Shown piece by piece: positions 40,971 through 55,680 of a DNA stretch of 64,000 bases. Within the stretch, counting starts at the first letter, position 1, and each line of letters begins with the position of its first letter. The DNA lies in NCBI RefSeq assembly GCF_009914755.1, contig NC_060925.1; one strand, 5' to 3'. A program made the position numbers and the translations under genes. The notes under the pieces were generated by a model. It searched no databases. It was not told the DNA's origin and was given only the letters and a program-made list of their open reading frames with translations. Source of the DNA: the human T2T-CHM13v2.0 reference genome, Homo sapiens.

Positions 40971-41734
40971 CATTTTATTTTTACAGGGAAAAAGACTGAC
41001 TTGAATTAAGTGAAGTGAATCAGAAGAAAATGGTAATTGACATTCTACTTGATGCTTAAGGGGCTCTATTTTACATTAATATATGATTTAATGCTAAATG
41101 TCCTTGCCTAGAGTATGTGGGAAATGATCTATATTTTTTACATTAAATTTTATATATTTTCCTTAACCCTGAAGTATATTTAATATGTGTTGATGATATT
41201 TTCTCAATGTTTTGTTTTATAATTTTTGTTTTTTAAATGACAAAGGATATTGGGCATATAAAGAATCTTAAAGTGAACACTTTTCTAGTGTTGTAGTATT
41301 CTCTTAATGTTTTTCTTTTGTAGGTAGTTGTCCTCTCTTTCAATCCTCATGGTTGCATCAGGAAGAAATAATCTTTATACAACATGACACTGTTGTGCCC
41401 TGCATTGTAATACAGAAATGTTGAGAGAATCCCTGTAGCTAAACATATTTTAGTTTCTGTCTTGCTGTTCTCTTGAAAAACTATTCGGTAATCTGGCAAA
41501 TGTTAAGAATGAATATGATCTGCCAGTGTACTGGAGGTAAAGAAAAAAACTCTTTAGTAGAGAAAAGGAATGAGAATAGATAATATTCTGAAAGAAGAAA
41601 TAGCTGTTGAAAAGGAATTTCTGGACCCCAGTGTTGTCCCAGACCCTAATTTTAAAAAAGCTAATTAATTTTGTGGGTAAAGAAAAAAAAATTAGCTGTC
41701 CTTCTTGTGCCGGTAGGAGTCCCCAACATTTACC

Positions 41735-42190
41735 CTTGTTGAAATCCTGTCTTTGCTTCTTGTTATCTGAATAACTTTGAAAAAGATTACTTAGCGTCTC
41801 TAGATTGTAGCTCCCTGATCTGCAAAATGGGATTTTAAAATAAAACTGTTTATCTCAGGTGATTGTTCTAAACATTTAAAACTTCCTGTATTTCAAAGGA
41901 TTTACCATGGTCCTTGTTGTTAAACTAGTGCCCAGTAAAAGTAAGTTAGGTGGTAATAAGATAACTTAGTAAGAACAAGTATATGCTCTAGTCAAGTATG
42001 AAGCTGGCTCCATGTTAACTAATTGGGTGATTTTGAGGCAGTTCCTTATCTCTCTAAGCCTTCAGGTCTCCTTCTATAAAATGAGTTTATTAATAAAACC
42101 TGCCCCATAGGGTTCTTATGAGAATTAAGTTACTTTAATTAAGTTCTGTCACATAACAAAGAGTCGGTAAATGGTAACATTATTGCTATA
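41735..42190 (+). mobile_element. Two adjacent MIR fragments
   Basis: 'atctgcaaaatggga' and 'ctctaagccttcaggtctccttctataaaatgag...atagggttcttatgagaattaa'. Confidence 0.65.
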
Positions 42191-42299
42191 ATCACAACAT
42201 TTGGCTCTAACTCTACCAAGTCCTTACCCCAGTTTTTGATGAGGCTGTGGTATGGTGTCCTGTGTCTCTTTGATGTGTCAGCCATGCAACTCTGGGATC

Positions 42300-42592
42300 T
42301 CTCTCTCCTTCTAGAACTTTCACACTCTTTATGTCTCAGCAATTCAGCTTGAGAGAGAATCCCTCTCTGACCTTCCTATATAAGTTAGAATCTCTGTTAT
42401 GATCCATTTCTTCCTGTGTTTCCTTCAGAGCAGTCATCACAATACCTGTTTTATTTACTGTCTTCACTGTTTCTTTCTCTTCCACTAAATTGTAAGTTGC
42501 ATGGCGAGAGAAAGCATGCATGTCTTGTTTATTGAGAAAAATGGTTGACATATATTGACATTCAAAAGTGTTTATGGAGTGAATAAATATGT
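42300..42592 (+). mobile_element. L2 3' end
   Basis: 'ccactaaattgtaagttgcatgg', 'atgtcttgttta', tail 'tttatggagtgaataaat'. Confidence 0.65.
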
Positions 42593-42703
42593 ATTTTCTA
42601 AATCAGTAAAATTTAAGAAAGCTTGCCTGCTCACATGACCCAAATTGTCTTTTTAATGAGCTTGAGGCTTGAGGATTGGCATGTATTGTTTTTAATTGTC
42701 ATA

Positions 42704-42993
42704 ATTTTTTTTTAATAGAGGCAGGATCTCTCTGTCACCCAAGCTGGAGTGCTATGGCATTATCATAGCTCACTGCAGCTTCGAATTTTGGGGCTCAAGC
42801 AATCCTCTTACCTTAGCCTCTTGAGTGTCCATGCCCAGCTTTTTTCTTTTTTCTTTTTCTTTTTTTTTTTTGGTACATACAGAGCCTCAATGTGTTGCCC
42901 AGCTGGCCTCGAACTCCTGGCTCAAGTTATCTTCCTGCCTTGGTCTCCCAAGATTCTGGAATTACAGGCATGAGTGTGAACCACTGTGCCTGG
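42704..42993 (-). mobile_element. AluJ
   Basis: 'tcatagctcactgcagc', 'gggctcaagcaatcctc', 'ctcgaactcctggctcaag' are AluJ-type diagnostics. Confidence 0.88.
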
Positions 42994-44984
42994 AATTGGC
43001 ACTTTTTTTTTTTTTAACAAAGTCTTTGCTTATATACAACCAAGTAACTCTGTTATATCATCATATAAAACAATAAAGAAACTCTGTTACAATATCATAT
43101 AAAACAAGTTTATAGTCTCAGTAAAAAAAGGAAGATAATTTCTGTAATGGATAGTTTTGATTATGTATCTAACTTCACCAAATTATGCAAAGAGACTAAT
43201 CACATAAAATATCCATATATAAATATTTTTCTTTGATTCCTTTTTCATGTAATAACTGATGTCTTTATTACTCCTTTCTTTAGTTCTTTCTCCTTTCCTT
43301 TTTTATTTTTGGTGGTTATAGCATAGCATAAAAATCAAGAGATGAAAGTAAGTAATTGCCACTCTTTTTCTTTTTCCTTTGATGGACAGTCAGAAAAAGA
43401 ACATTATCACAACCAGGACAAAACTGTGACTTATGGCAGGGTAAAGAATCAAACGTTTAGGAAAAAGAGCTTATGGAAAGCTTCAGGCTCTCAGAATTTG
43501 CAGCAGCAGTTCCAACTTGCAGATGGCAATAATTTTAGTAACTGCTGCCACCACTTGGCCCCAGACAATCACAAGAACACAGGAGACAGCCTTGGATAAA
43601 ATTTATTGAGTTCGGTGAATTTATTCCAGAAACTTCTTATTATCCTTAATGTCTGTTTTGTTTGGCAAATATGACCTATTTAGTAGTCAAATACATTAGC
43701 AAAAAGTTCCACACTTTCTCTATTTTATTTTCTTAATGGCTACAAAGCTGTCTCTGTAGTTGAATTCCTGAAAGATGGGTATCGATAAACTCTATATTCT
43801 CCCTATATTGATATATTTCAAAGAGTTTTAAAAGCATATTTCAATCTTATTAAAATTTTAATACTATTTAAATATTGTGTACTTTTTAGAATGCTGAAAG
43901 TGTTTAGAACTTTTCCCTCCATGTGTTATAGTACTTGCTAGGTTTGCTGCTTTACTAACATGTGCAAATTCAGATTATAATTTATACCTAATTGTAATAT
44001 GCCAACTACAAAAAAAAAATGTATACTCTTTCATTTCCACATACATTCTATGCTTGAAATATTTTTTCAACCTTTTTTTGATTAAATTTTGCCCTATAAA
44101 TATTTCATATCATCCAGATGTTATTTCAAATCTCATTATGTTTAGCTCATTCTTGTGTTTAAATTTCACTCTATTAGATCTTCTTTTATAAAACATAAAA
44201 AAGTATTATTTGTTTTGGAGGATACAGTTTAAATTGAGTTCTTTCAAGTATACTCACACAAAAATGTATTACTATTCATACAATATTTAATCTTGCAATT
44301 ATATTTGAATGTTTTTTCATAGATGCTAGTAGTTTGAACTTTATTATTTTGGACACAGAAAAGGAATTTATTTCTACAGTTTTATTAACACATATAATAT
44401 ATACAACATTTTTAAAGTGATACAGTGATTTAAAAAGCATTTTTGGGAGATGAGTGAATTATATCTATGTTATACCTATACTATAATTATATGTACGCTA
44501 TAAACACCTTATAGAAAGGAGCTGTTTCAGACACAGCCAATCTTAATATCCAGTATTCTGGGAACATTTCCTTATTCACTTAACCTAAGTTGAGCACCCC
44601 TCCATTACTGCAGTTACCAGACTGCATTTCCATTACTTTGTTAATTATTTGTATCCCCAGTAGGACTTTAACTTTTTGTGTGAAGTTCTTAGGTAATATT
44701 CATCATTTGCTTCTGGCTTACAAAATACCTGGGATGTAAGAGATAGTATTTTTTGTTGAACTGAATTGAAATCTCCACCATGTCTGTTACAGTGACTTGC
44801 ATATAGTTTATTTAAAATGTGTCTCACTGCCAAGGAAATAAAGCTACATACTTTCATTGTACTTTCTTATCTTGAATACTTGTAGAAAATTACTTTATGT
44901 AGTATTAATCTTATAGACACTATAATTTTTTCATAAATTTTATTTTTAAGTTTAAAGAAAAATATTTACTAAGAGATTAAATTG

Positions 44985-45100
44985 ACTTTGGGAGGCTGAG
45001 GCAGGAGGATTGGTTCAGCCCAGGAGTTCGAGACTAGCCTGGGCAATATAGGGAGATCCTGTCTCTATGAAAAAAATTAATAATAATAATGATAATAAAA
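44985..45100 (+). mobile_element. FLAM_C/AluJ left monomer with (AAT)n tail
   Basis: 'actttgggaggctgaggcaggaggattg...gcccaggagttcgagactagcctgggcaa'. Confidence 0.88.
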
Positions 45101-46973
45101 TTGAAAAACCATATATAAAAATCTTTTAACATATTTAAATGTGTTTTTTCTAGGCTTAATTTATTTGAAATTTTTCTAAACAATATTTTTCTTCATATAC
45201 AGACTAATAAACTTCTATTAAAATTATACCTATGTAAGGGGGGAAAACTAATTCAATTAATTTTTACTGGAATTTAAAAAATATTTGAAACTAATACTTT
45301 GATTTGTTCTATTTTCTGAAATCATAGGATTGAAGGGAAAAGGGATGGGGGGGATGTAAAAAAGAGCCAAATATAACCAACTCCCTTAATGCCACATATT
45401 TACATGACATCTGTGGTATTGCAATAAGAATGTAATGTTAAATGCAAGTACATTATTGTATGTCTGACATCAACTACATATGTTATAATTTTTTTTTTTG
45501 CTGTTGGAACAATTGAAAAAAAGATCATGGAGTAGTTCACTTGCTAGGAAATATTTTGAAATCAAAAGCCAAAAGGAAGTTGGGAGACTCTGAAAATCCT
45601 CCTCATATAGATCTTAATAATTCTTGCAATTATGTTTGCTACATTTTGAATAATTCTAAAACTGCCAAGCAGAATCTCAACTGTGATAGATGGTATTTGT
45701 GGCTGGGAATATGTTAAAATATGTAGCTGGCATTCATTAAATTGTGATGCTTCTCTTACATAATAAAAATAAGATCATCATGAACCACAAGCTGAGTGAA
45801 ATGCATTGTGAAGTGGCTCATCTGTCTTCCACATGGTAGCAGTATACATAACTGGTTTCTTAACTACAATTTACCTGCCATGGGTAAATTGAGACTCTCT
45901 AAAATGTCCTTGAAACACTCGAACATTTACCTCTATGGGACTCCGAGAGGGGATTATGGTTCAATTCTTAATAATTGCATTGTTGCTACCTATATTTCAG
46001 TAATGCTGGCTTCGATAGCTAGGTGAAGAGAGTTATCCCCAGGTGAAATTGTTCTTAGTAAAATCTGTGTCAGCATCAGTGCACTACTGAATATTGCTCT
46101 CTCAGTTTAACAGACCGCAGCATTTGTGGGATATGATGCAGTTATCTCAGTCACATATTTCTTAACAGTGGGGAGGATATGAAAGGTGATGACAGCACGA
46201 AGAAGGCTTATAAGTGCGAGTAATGGAGGAGATTTAAATGCAAGGAACACTGTAAATGAAATATTAATCACAAGCTGCCAGTGATAAATATTCTTTTTTG
46301 TTTATTATCTCCTTTTCTAAATGAAGCTACTTGTATTGAGGAATACTGTTCACATTTTACTTCTTTGATCCCACACTCGTGTCTTAGCAATCAAATTAGT
46401 AAGATCCTGATGCTTTGTTTCCAATTAGTTTGAAATTTTTTATATTCCTAGAAATCTTATTCACATCATTCCACAAGGGGCTTGTTTATCTTATCCTAAA
46501 ATAAGTTGAAACCATCTTACTATTGTTTTAAAAAATTTATTTGTAGAGCTAAATTATTCATATGTCTTCCCATCAGCATATATTTAACCTTTATGTAATG
46601 GGAACAAAGAGGATATAATAAACCAATGTATCTAATTTCTATCACATTCATTCCAGATTAACAAAAGTTAAATTTGCTTTTTAACAGTGTGATTTATCTT
46701 AATTGTTCTTAAAAATTAGGATGTAAGTAATCTCTAGATTCTTCCTTTGCCACTTTTCTTAGATATTATACGACATGGGAGAATAGTTTATTTTTCCATT
46801 TCTTTCTGTAGTTCCATATGGGCAAGAAATTGTGACTAGCAAAATTGGCACTATGTATATCACTATTCTTATTTTAGAGCTTAGTGGTAATCACCTGTAG
46901 AAGGTATGGCTTCTCAAGTCTGGGAAAAATAGAAAAAAATAATTAAAGGAAGCAATAATTTCAGAACAGCTAA

Positions 46974-47563
46974 TGTTGGGGCACAGACACTGATACTCAA
47001 AATATGGCACTTTGACATGATAACTGAAGACCCTCAAGGTCTGTCCTACTCTCCACCATTCCTGTCTCTCATTCCATTGTCTCCCCCAAAGCACAGGATG
47101 AAGTTTTTCCTGGAAGTTTTCTTATCTGCCTAAAGTCAGGAACTGCCAAAGAAGAGAACACTTATCTCTTGTCTCTTCCTTGAGTTTTCATTAGTTAAAC
47201 TCATATTATAGATTAGAATGAGGAGTATCAACAAACTTGGACAAATTTTTGTCACTAGTCACTGTCTGCTCTGTGTGCCCCACAAATGTTGTCCTGGTTC
47301 ATCATATGTTCTTTAACTCCAATGAATTATTTTAATAATCCTTTACTGTACTATTCCCCTAAAATCATCCACACTTCCCTATATTCTTTTCCCCTAAGAG
47401 GAGAGGTATATGAGCATCTGTACAGATATTGAACAATCACCTTGTGATTTCCCATGTGCATGCTAATAAATTTGTATGCCATTTCTTCTATTAATCTGCC
47501 ATTTGTATGTTTATTTTTCAAGAAAACTTCAGAGGGTAAAAAGGTTTTCCCTTGGCCCCTATA
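46974..47563 (+). mobile_element. MER39/MER39B-like ERV1 solo LTR
   Basis: Starts tgttggggcacagacactgatactcaaaatatggcactttgacatg; ends cttcagaggg...ttttcccttggcccctata; AATAAA near 47465. Confidence 0.75.
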
Positions 47564-48109
47564 CTTTATTTGCTTTTGATCTAAGCCTGACAAGGACAGT
47601 CCACAAAACATTGCCCAAGAATCCCCAGAGTGGTCCAGAGTAGGAATAGCACAGGCAATTCAGCTAACTAGCTTCCTACTTATGGAGAGCTTTATTTTCA
47701 AGGCTGAGGGTCAGGTTCTCATTTCCTTTGCTATGTGTTCTTGATAACTTAGCACTTAATACTTCCCCTTGCAGAATTGCCTATGAGTATAGCTTCTTTT
47801 AAACTCTTCACGTTATATAAGGCATTTTCGTATTTCTCCATCATGGCTATGAAACTGCTCTTTAGTGGAAATCACTATCGTCCCTCTGCTCAGGATCATT
47901 TTGAAAACATTCCTCTAGTTCTTAATAATTGATACCAAGATAGTAGCCAATTAATTAACATGCATTTATCTGATTAAATCTTGGTCATTTATTGGATATT
48001 TTCCCGTTGGTTTCCCCCAGCTGCTGTCTTTGCAAGAACCTTAATTTTCATTTACATATTTAAGATTAAAGATATATAAATAGAACTTTACTATTCAAAA
48101 TGCTCTAGA

Positions 48110-48860
<751 letters not shown>

Positions 48861-48989
48861 CTTTGCAACAAGAATTGGAGAGGTAGTGGGCAGGCCATTA
48901 ATTCCTACGCATGTCAAAGTTTCTTGTAAATAATTATTCCTGAAGCAATATCTTGAGACTTACTGCTGAGTGTGAATTTTAAAAATAAT

Positions 48990-49410
48990 TACAACACATC
49001 CATTAGAATAGCTAAAATTGAAAAGACTGACCAATTAAATTTTGGCAAAGATGTGAGTAACTACAACTGGCATCCCCTGCTGGTAGAAATGTAAAATGGT
49101 ACAATCACTATGAGACAGTTTGGCAATTGAATAGGCACTTAGCAGAGCAATCCGCTTTTTCCTTTTAGGTATTTACCTGAGAGAAACAAAAAATGTACGT
49201 CTAAACAAAAACTAGCGTGATAGATACAGCTTTATTTGTAATAGCCAACAACTGGAAACAAACCAAAGTCCATCAGCAGATGAGTAGATACACAAAGTGC
49301 AGCACATACAGTGGAATATTACTTAACAATAAAGTGGAATAAACTGTTGCCACATAACATTAATGAAACATGCAATCATTATATTTAGTGAATAAAGTCA
49401 GACAAAGGAA
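48990..49410 (+). mobile_element. L1ME/MD-type ORF2 end and 3' region
   Basis: 'tgctggtagaaatgtaaaatggtacaatcact', 'gctttatttgtaatagccacaaactggaaaca'. Confidence 0.75.
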
Positions 49411-52400
49411 GAAAAAAATTATTCTTCAGCCAAGGACTGAGGCCTCATTTGTGGCATTCTAAGCAGAGAAAGCTAGTTTCTGATACCACCTACTGAATAT
49501 GACCTTTTGGTAAAGATTCACCCTATGCATGTTACCTTTACTGCCTGTATTTCTATTAAAGAAACTTGTTTGCTCTCATTTTTGTGTGTAGCCCCAACAG
49601 CAGTACGAGTTACCTAGCACCCCTGTAGCACAGATCTCTGCCAGCATTGGCATTATAGAAAAGGACAGACAAAAGATGAAAGAAGGGTTTTAAATAGAAG
49701 GGTCCTGGCCAGTTTGACTTATCATTAAGCACAATACTAAACACAGAGTCAACCTGTTCTGGATTAATTGCTACCACTGGGGCTACGTACCATCTTAAAA
49801 CTCATGATGGCTGAAAGATCAGGGGAATTCACTTTAGTATCTACATACCATAACTAGTACACCAAGATAAATTACTTTAGAGGAGAAATTTCTTTCAGCC
49901 GCAACTATCACAATGGAATAGGATTGGGCTGGACTTTGTTAACAAAGAAGACACTCGTGAGTACTTTGAAGCTCCTAGCATAAATGGAGATTTATACTCC
50001 ATTTATGGAGCATAATAAGTGGGAAACACAGCAGTCGGTAAACTGGATTTGGGACTGTTTATGCTTATATAAGTGGAATCTTAAGTATTAGATTCTGGGA
50101 ACTTAGCAGTATATAATTTGTATCTTCAAAATATGACATATAACCTCTGGAATTTCACTAATATTGTGAGTACTTTATAGCTTGCTTTTGTTTAGTGTTT
50201 TTGTTTTTTTGTTTTGACCTATTTTTATGTGAATGGCATTTTACCAGACACATCTGGTGGTATAGAACAGAATCAGCTCAGATAAACTTGAATGGAGAGG
50301 TAAGTGAAGAAAAGCTGTAAGAATTCATCAAATTACAGCCAAACTACAGAAACTTAGCCAAAAGAGGGACAGAATTAAGTTCCCTCTGGGGACCTTTGAG
50401 AGGTTCATTCCACTAGTGTCCTACAAGTAATATTGCCCCAGTTACTCAACTCCTCATTTCTATGTCTCTTAGTTTAAATTCTCAAAAGAGAGAATATAAT
50501 TGGCTTTATACCTCTAAAGAATGTTTTCTTTTTTTCTTGGTCACCTTAATAGTCCAGAAAAATGAACTGATCTGGGAAGGCATGGTTAAATAATACAAAT
50601 ATTTAGGTAGTAGGTACAGGACTGAGTTTCTTGGAATAAGATGCATACAATGCACACAAAAATTCTGCCCAAATGTGTAACTTTAAATATGCTGTTGGAT
50701 TATGCACTCAAATAGTACCTTATGACATTGCAATGACTGTACCCCAACTTCACAACATAGTCTCCAAAGATTGATGGTTAAAAAATAAAATAAGAAGAGT
50801 CTCATGAGCATAGTGTATTTCCCCTATTGTTCCACTCTGCATTCCTTGAAGAGAGGCAAATCTAGGACAATACTTTTAGGCATTTGATAAGTATATTTTA
50901 AGGAAAAAGAGATAATGCAAAATAAAGAAAAGTATATAAGAAAAATGTCTACCTCTCCACTGATCCACCACAGCAGGCCTGATAGAGTCAACAATCTTAT
51001 TCGCTGTGCTTAGTGAAATTTAGCCTAAGCCATTAAGTGAAATTGATGAGCTTTGTTTAGACTTCATCTCTCACATCACAGCTGTAATATCCCTAGACCA
51101 CTGGTCAATCAATGGAGAGGCTAGGGAAGAAGTAATGAATGACATTCTGTTCTAATTTCGTTTAAATAGAATGATATTTGGACATATTTTTTCAAAGTTT
51201 TTTATATAAATTGTTTAGGTGATATTGCCTCTCAATTTCCTATTTTTTTTTTCTGTTCATTTCAACCTCTTCTGCCAATGTGGCCTTTCTCCAATATGTT
51301 TCCATAATTTCCTGGCTCAATGATTTTTTTAAAAGCTATAAAAATAAACATTTTGCAAGGACTAAATAACCAGATATTTGAATAAAGTGTGCACCTGAAA
51401 AGAATGCGGCAGAAAAGTGGTGAATTTAGAAAGGCTTTATTTCCTGTAATGTATTAATATAGCACCCATAATAGTGAAAGTTCACAATTTACAAGCAACT
51501 TATTTACCACTCTTAGTACACCTTATTTGATTCCCCAGTGCAGGCTAGTTAGTGTTTAACCACAGGTTAAACAATAATAAGTTCCCCCTGTGGTTAGACC
51601 CTAGATTGCCTCCACTATTCATGGAGGCTGAAGAATCAATTGTATGTTAAAAAAAACAACATTCTATTAATTCATTCCTTCTCAGCTCCAATTTTCCCTT
51701 ATTTACCCTCTCTCTCTACCTTCCTCCACAGTTTCTCCAGCTTAGACTTCAAAGTATTTCCAGGGCCGATTGACTTCCTCACTCACTGCTTGGGTTACTT
51801 CTGCTTACATTTGACAACACACTTTAATAATGTTTATCTTCCTCAGATCTGGAAATCCATTGTTCACTGTTGGCTTTGTGCTGATTTGGCTACTAATGGT
51901 TTATATTTGCTCTGTTCGTTTATTGTCATTTTGATGAAATCTCAAGAGGGAAGGGGGAAAAGTTCATGTGTTAGGTGCAATGTCTTTATACATTAGCTCC
52001 AATAAAGATTTGTGAAATTTAATTTTGGTCTAACAAAACTAGCTACACCCATGAAATTTTTTTTTAAAATGTATATATCATATAAAGCAGTGCTGTAAAC
52101 TGTTAAAGAATATATTCTGCTAATGTTACATTTTCTTTTAAAATTGTATATTTCAGTTTACTTTCAGGATGGCACAGCTTTTAAAAGCAAATAGCAAGAC
52201 AATATTGTGCAAAATGAACCCAAGAGAAAATCTTCTAGTTTTTGAGTTTTTACTTATTAAAATATTTTATACATTATACCCTAGCAATCTACAATTAATC
52301 CTTGAATAAGTTTGTCCTTTCAAAAAGGAAATTCTAGCTAACAACTTTCTCAGTCAGATTAAAGCAGTGAAGATGAAGTGAAAGAGAGTAATAAAGGACG

Positions 52401-53388
52401 CAAGACTTTGAACTGAAATCTCAAATGGGAACATCTTTATTCTCTCTTAAATATTCTTTCTAATATTTTTCATTGCTAAAATAAGGCAAAAAAAGTACAT
52501 GCAAAGAGCTAGGCATTTTGGCAAGGGAATTTAGAACAAAACACAATGCATACCTTTTATAATTCTCAAAGCTTTTCAGAAAAAGTCCACTAGTGATATT
52601 AATTTGTAGATGTTTAATTTTTAATATTAACTTCCTAATCTATATGTTTCAAGCACAAAACAGGTATTTACATACATTCACATAAACTAAATATTTTAAA
52701 GCCACCAGAATTAACTCTCTGGAATTCTCTATTTTCATGAAATAAAGGGAAGGGGAAGCCACTACAGATTCAATTTTCCCAATTTTGAAAATGCAAGAGG
52801 AATACAAATGTAGGTTTGCCTAAGGCTATTATTGCGTAGATAATGAGTGTCTCCCAGTACCATGTATTTCATAATAGCTTAGAGTTTTAAAAGCACAAGA
52901 GTGGGATGTTTGAGAACTGAAGATTTATCTACTCTTGCCTGAATACATATGGGATTTAGCTTTTAGTTTTCATTCAATCTCGTTAACCTGTTCTTGTTTA
53001 CTGTAAGTCTGTTATTATGTTCTGCGTTGAGCCTTTCTTTTATAAATGGCTTATATGCATTGCATGGCATGTTATTCAGTCTTACTGAATAATAAAAGCT
53101 CATTAAAGAAGGCATTAAATATAGAAAAACAAAAACTGTAATTCCAAAATTCTATTCCACCAACAACTGCTTATTCATTCCTCAAACCTCCTTTTCAATA
53201 CTTATACCTAAAAAACTCTCTGTTTTTTTTTTTTACAGAATTATTTTATTTGTAGTTATATAATGTACCAACTCTTTCTCCATTTCCTTTTTCTTTTCCG
53301 CTTTGGCGAGTAGAAAGGAAAACTACTAATACATTAGAATAATAGACTTTTAAAGTTAATACTTGATTTTTCATCTTTCTAACTTCAA

Positions 53389-53415
53389 ACACACACACAC
53401 ACACACACACACACA
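53389..53415. repeat. (AC)n microsatellite
   Basis: About 13 AC units. Confidence 0.95.
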
Positions 53416-53767
53416 AAGATAAACATTTGTACGTACAAGGAATCAGGAAAAACATCAAATGTGAGCTATTGGAAGTGCTAGATTCATAGCTCTGTGAGTA
53501 CACAAGTAGGTGAAGATAATTAGAAATTTGTCTTCTAAAAGTAACAAATAATAAAAAGTCTACAAAGGAGGCAGAAGTCAGTAGTCAGGAGCTATACAGG
53601 AGACATACAGAAGTCTTGTTTTTAAACAGGACCTATAAAAAAGTCTGATAAAATAAGACCTAAAGCTACAGATTAAATGAACCAGCAGGTTTAGGAAAAG
53701 AGAAGACAGAGTCTCAAACACAACAGCCAAATGATGGCACACTTCTAGTTACTGCCTGAGCTGTTAT

Positions 53768-54100
53768 TGCTATGTTTGAATGTGTCATTCAAAATTAATG
53801 TATGGGAAACTTAATTCCCAATGCAACAGTGTTGAGAGGTAGGACTTTTAGGAGGTGATTAGGTCATTAGGGCTCTGCTCTTATGAATGGAATCATGCCA
53901 TTATCATGAGAGTGAATTAGTTATCATGGAACTGGTTTCCTGATAAGAGGATGAATTTATCCCCTTTTCCTGTTGCTCCCTCTCTCACACTCTTTTCTCC
54001 TTCAGCCTTTTGCCCTAGGATAATGCAGCAAAAAGCAAAAAGGTCCTCACCAGATGCTGGCATCTTGATACTAGACTTCCCATCCTCCAGAACCATGAGA

Positions 54101-54149
<49 letters not shown>

Positions 54150-54206
54150 CTCCATTGCGATTACGATGTCGGGAGTATTCTGTTACACACAAAGTCGGCT
54201 AAGACA
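53768..54206 (+). mobile_element. MST (MSTB/D-like) MaLR solo LTR containing a (TA)n tract
   Basis: tgctatgtttgaatgtg...ctaagaca; perfect 5-bp TSD gttat; pure (AT)~22 at 54104-54147. Confidence 0.88.
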
Positions 54207-55249
54207 GTTATATTCCTATTATTAACCATGGTAAAAGTCCAGACTCCCAATATAAGAGGAGATTCTGTCCTGGGTGTATGGGGGCTGGATGAAAATCTGA
54301 AAACTGCTAGAAATGCAATGGTATATAAACTAACTCAAAGTGAATCAGCAAACTCAGTTTCAAAACACTTGGAGAAGAAAATGCTAAAAACATAACAACA
54401 ACAAAAGCTAAATAATAGAAAAAATGCTCGCATTACTAATAAAAATAATAAAATATAACTAACAAATTTTAAAAGATGTATTTTCAGCTCAGTGATATAA
54501 ATAAGTGAAAAATACTCATAAAAAGAAAAAAGCTATAAGGAAAACATAGGCAGAAATGTGTCAAAAGTAAAATGACACTGCAGAAATACAAACATTGTAA
54601 ATTAAAAATAAAATCATTAAAGTTTAAAAAGGACAAAAAAGTAATTTATAAAATTTAAGAATTTACATAAAAAGCACAGAAAAACAAAAAAATGTGAAAG
54701 GGAATTAAAAGAATATTTATTGACTGTCTCACTAAATAGTATAAATAACGTCTAACAGTAATTGCAGTAAACAAATTTGAGTTTTCAAGAATTAATATTT
54801 AGTGTTATGATGGTTGAGAATTTTTCAGAATTAAAGTTCTCATGTTACAAATGAAACTAAAAACCAAGCAAGATGAATTAAAACAAATTTCTGTGACACA
54901 TTAGAGTGAATATCTAATTTAGATAGAAAATTTAGAAATTAAAATATAAGGGGCAAATGTAGATTACCCACAAACAAATTGACTTTAGTCTGTCTAAAGT
55001 TCTTATTAGCAAGAAAAAAAAAATACCAGCAAAAGGTTGTAAAACATTTTAAGTAATGAGAACAAATAACACACAGTCTTAAATATCATGGCTAGAAATA
55101 TCATTATCCAATGCAGATCAATAAAAATCAACAACAATATTGAAAATAGAAATGAAATACAAACAAAATGTATTCTTGGATGCTAAAAAGGGTCAATATT
55201 TAGAGATTAATTTATTAAATAAGGTGCATTTATTAAATATTAATAATGA

Positions 55250-55680
55250 ATGTGTGAGACATTGATTTTACTCAGCAAACAGCCATTTCTTTTTCACTCC
55301 TGCCTAGAATCTGATCTGTTCAGAAAGCAGACAGCAGTTGTTAGATCTCAAGGAAGCTAGACTCCTTTCACAACTTCCAGACATGCATTCTAATTGGTCC
55401 AAATCACTGCAATTATTCTATTCATCCTTCTCTCTAAAACATGTAGGAGTGGGCATGAGGAATGTTTCTGGCTAATTAGCTATAAAGTCAAGTCTGATAA
55501 AGAGATTCTGAAAATCAGAGACTTGCAAAAACAAACTCTTCTCTTCTGTTGTTCTTATTATTGCCTTCTGGTCTTAGATACAGTTCTGTGAAGGTGTAAT
55601 ATTGGAGCTGTAGTAGCCATCCTGACACCATGAGGAGAAGTTTGAGACTAAGTATTATTTCTCACAGCTCTGATTTTTGA
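55250..55680 (+). mobile_element. Degraded MLT1 (I/J-like) LTR
   Basis: 'tggagctgtagtagccatcctgacaccatgaggag'. Confidence 0.45.

Noticed and set aside
49981-50005. Hairpin taaatggag-N7-ctccattta as a miRNA or terminator
   Set aside because: A 9-bp stem is too short for a pre-miRNA and is expected by chance; intrinsic terminators do not apply to this genome.
51640-51996. 118-aa ORF
   Set aside because: Non-ATG start, no recognisable homology, composition like background DNA.
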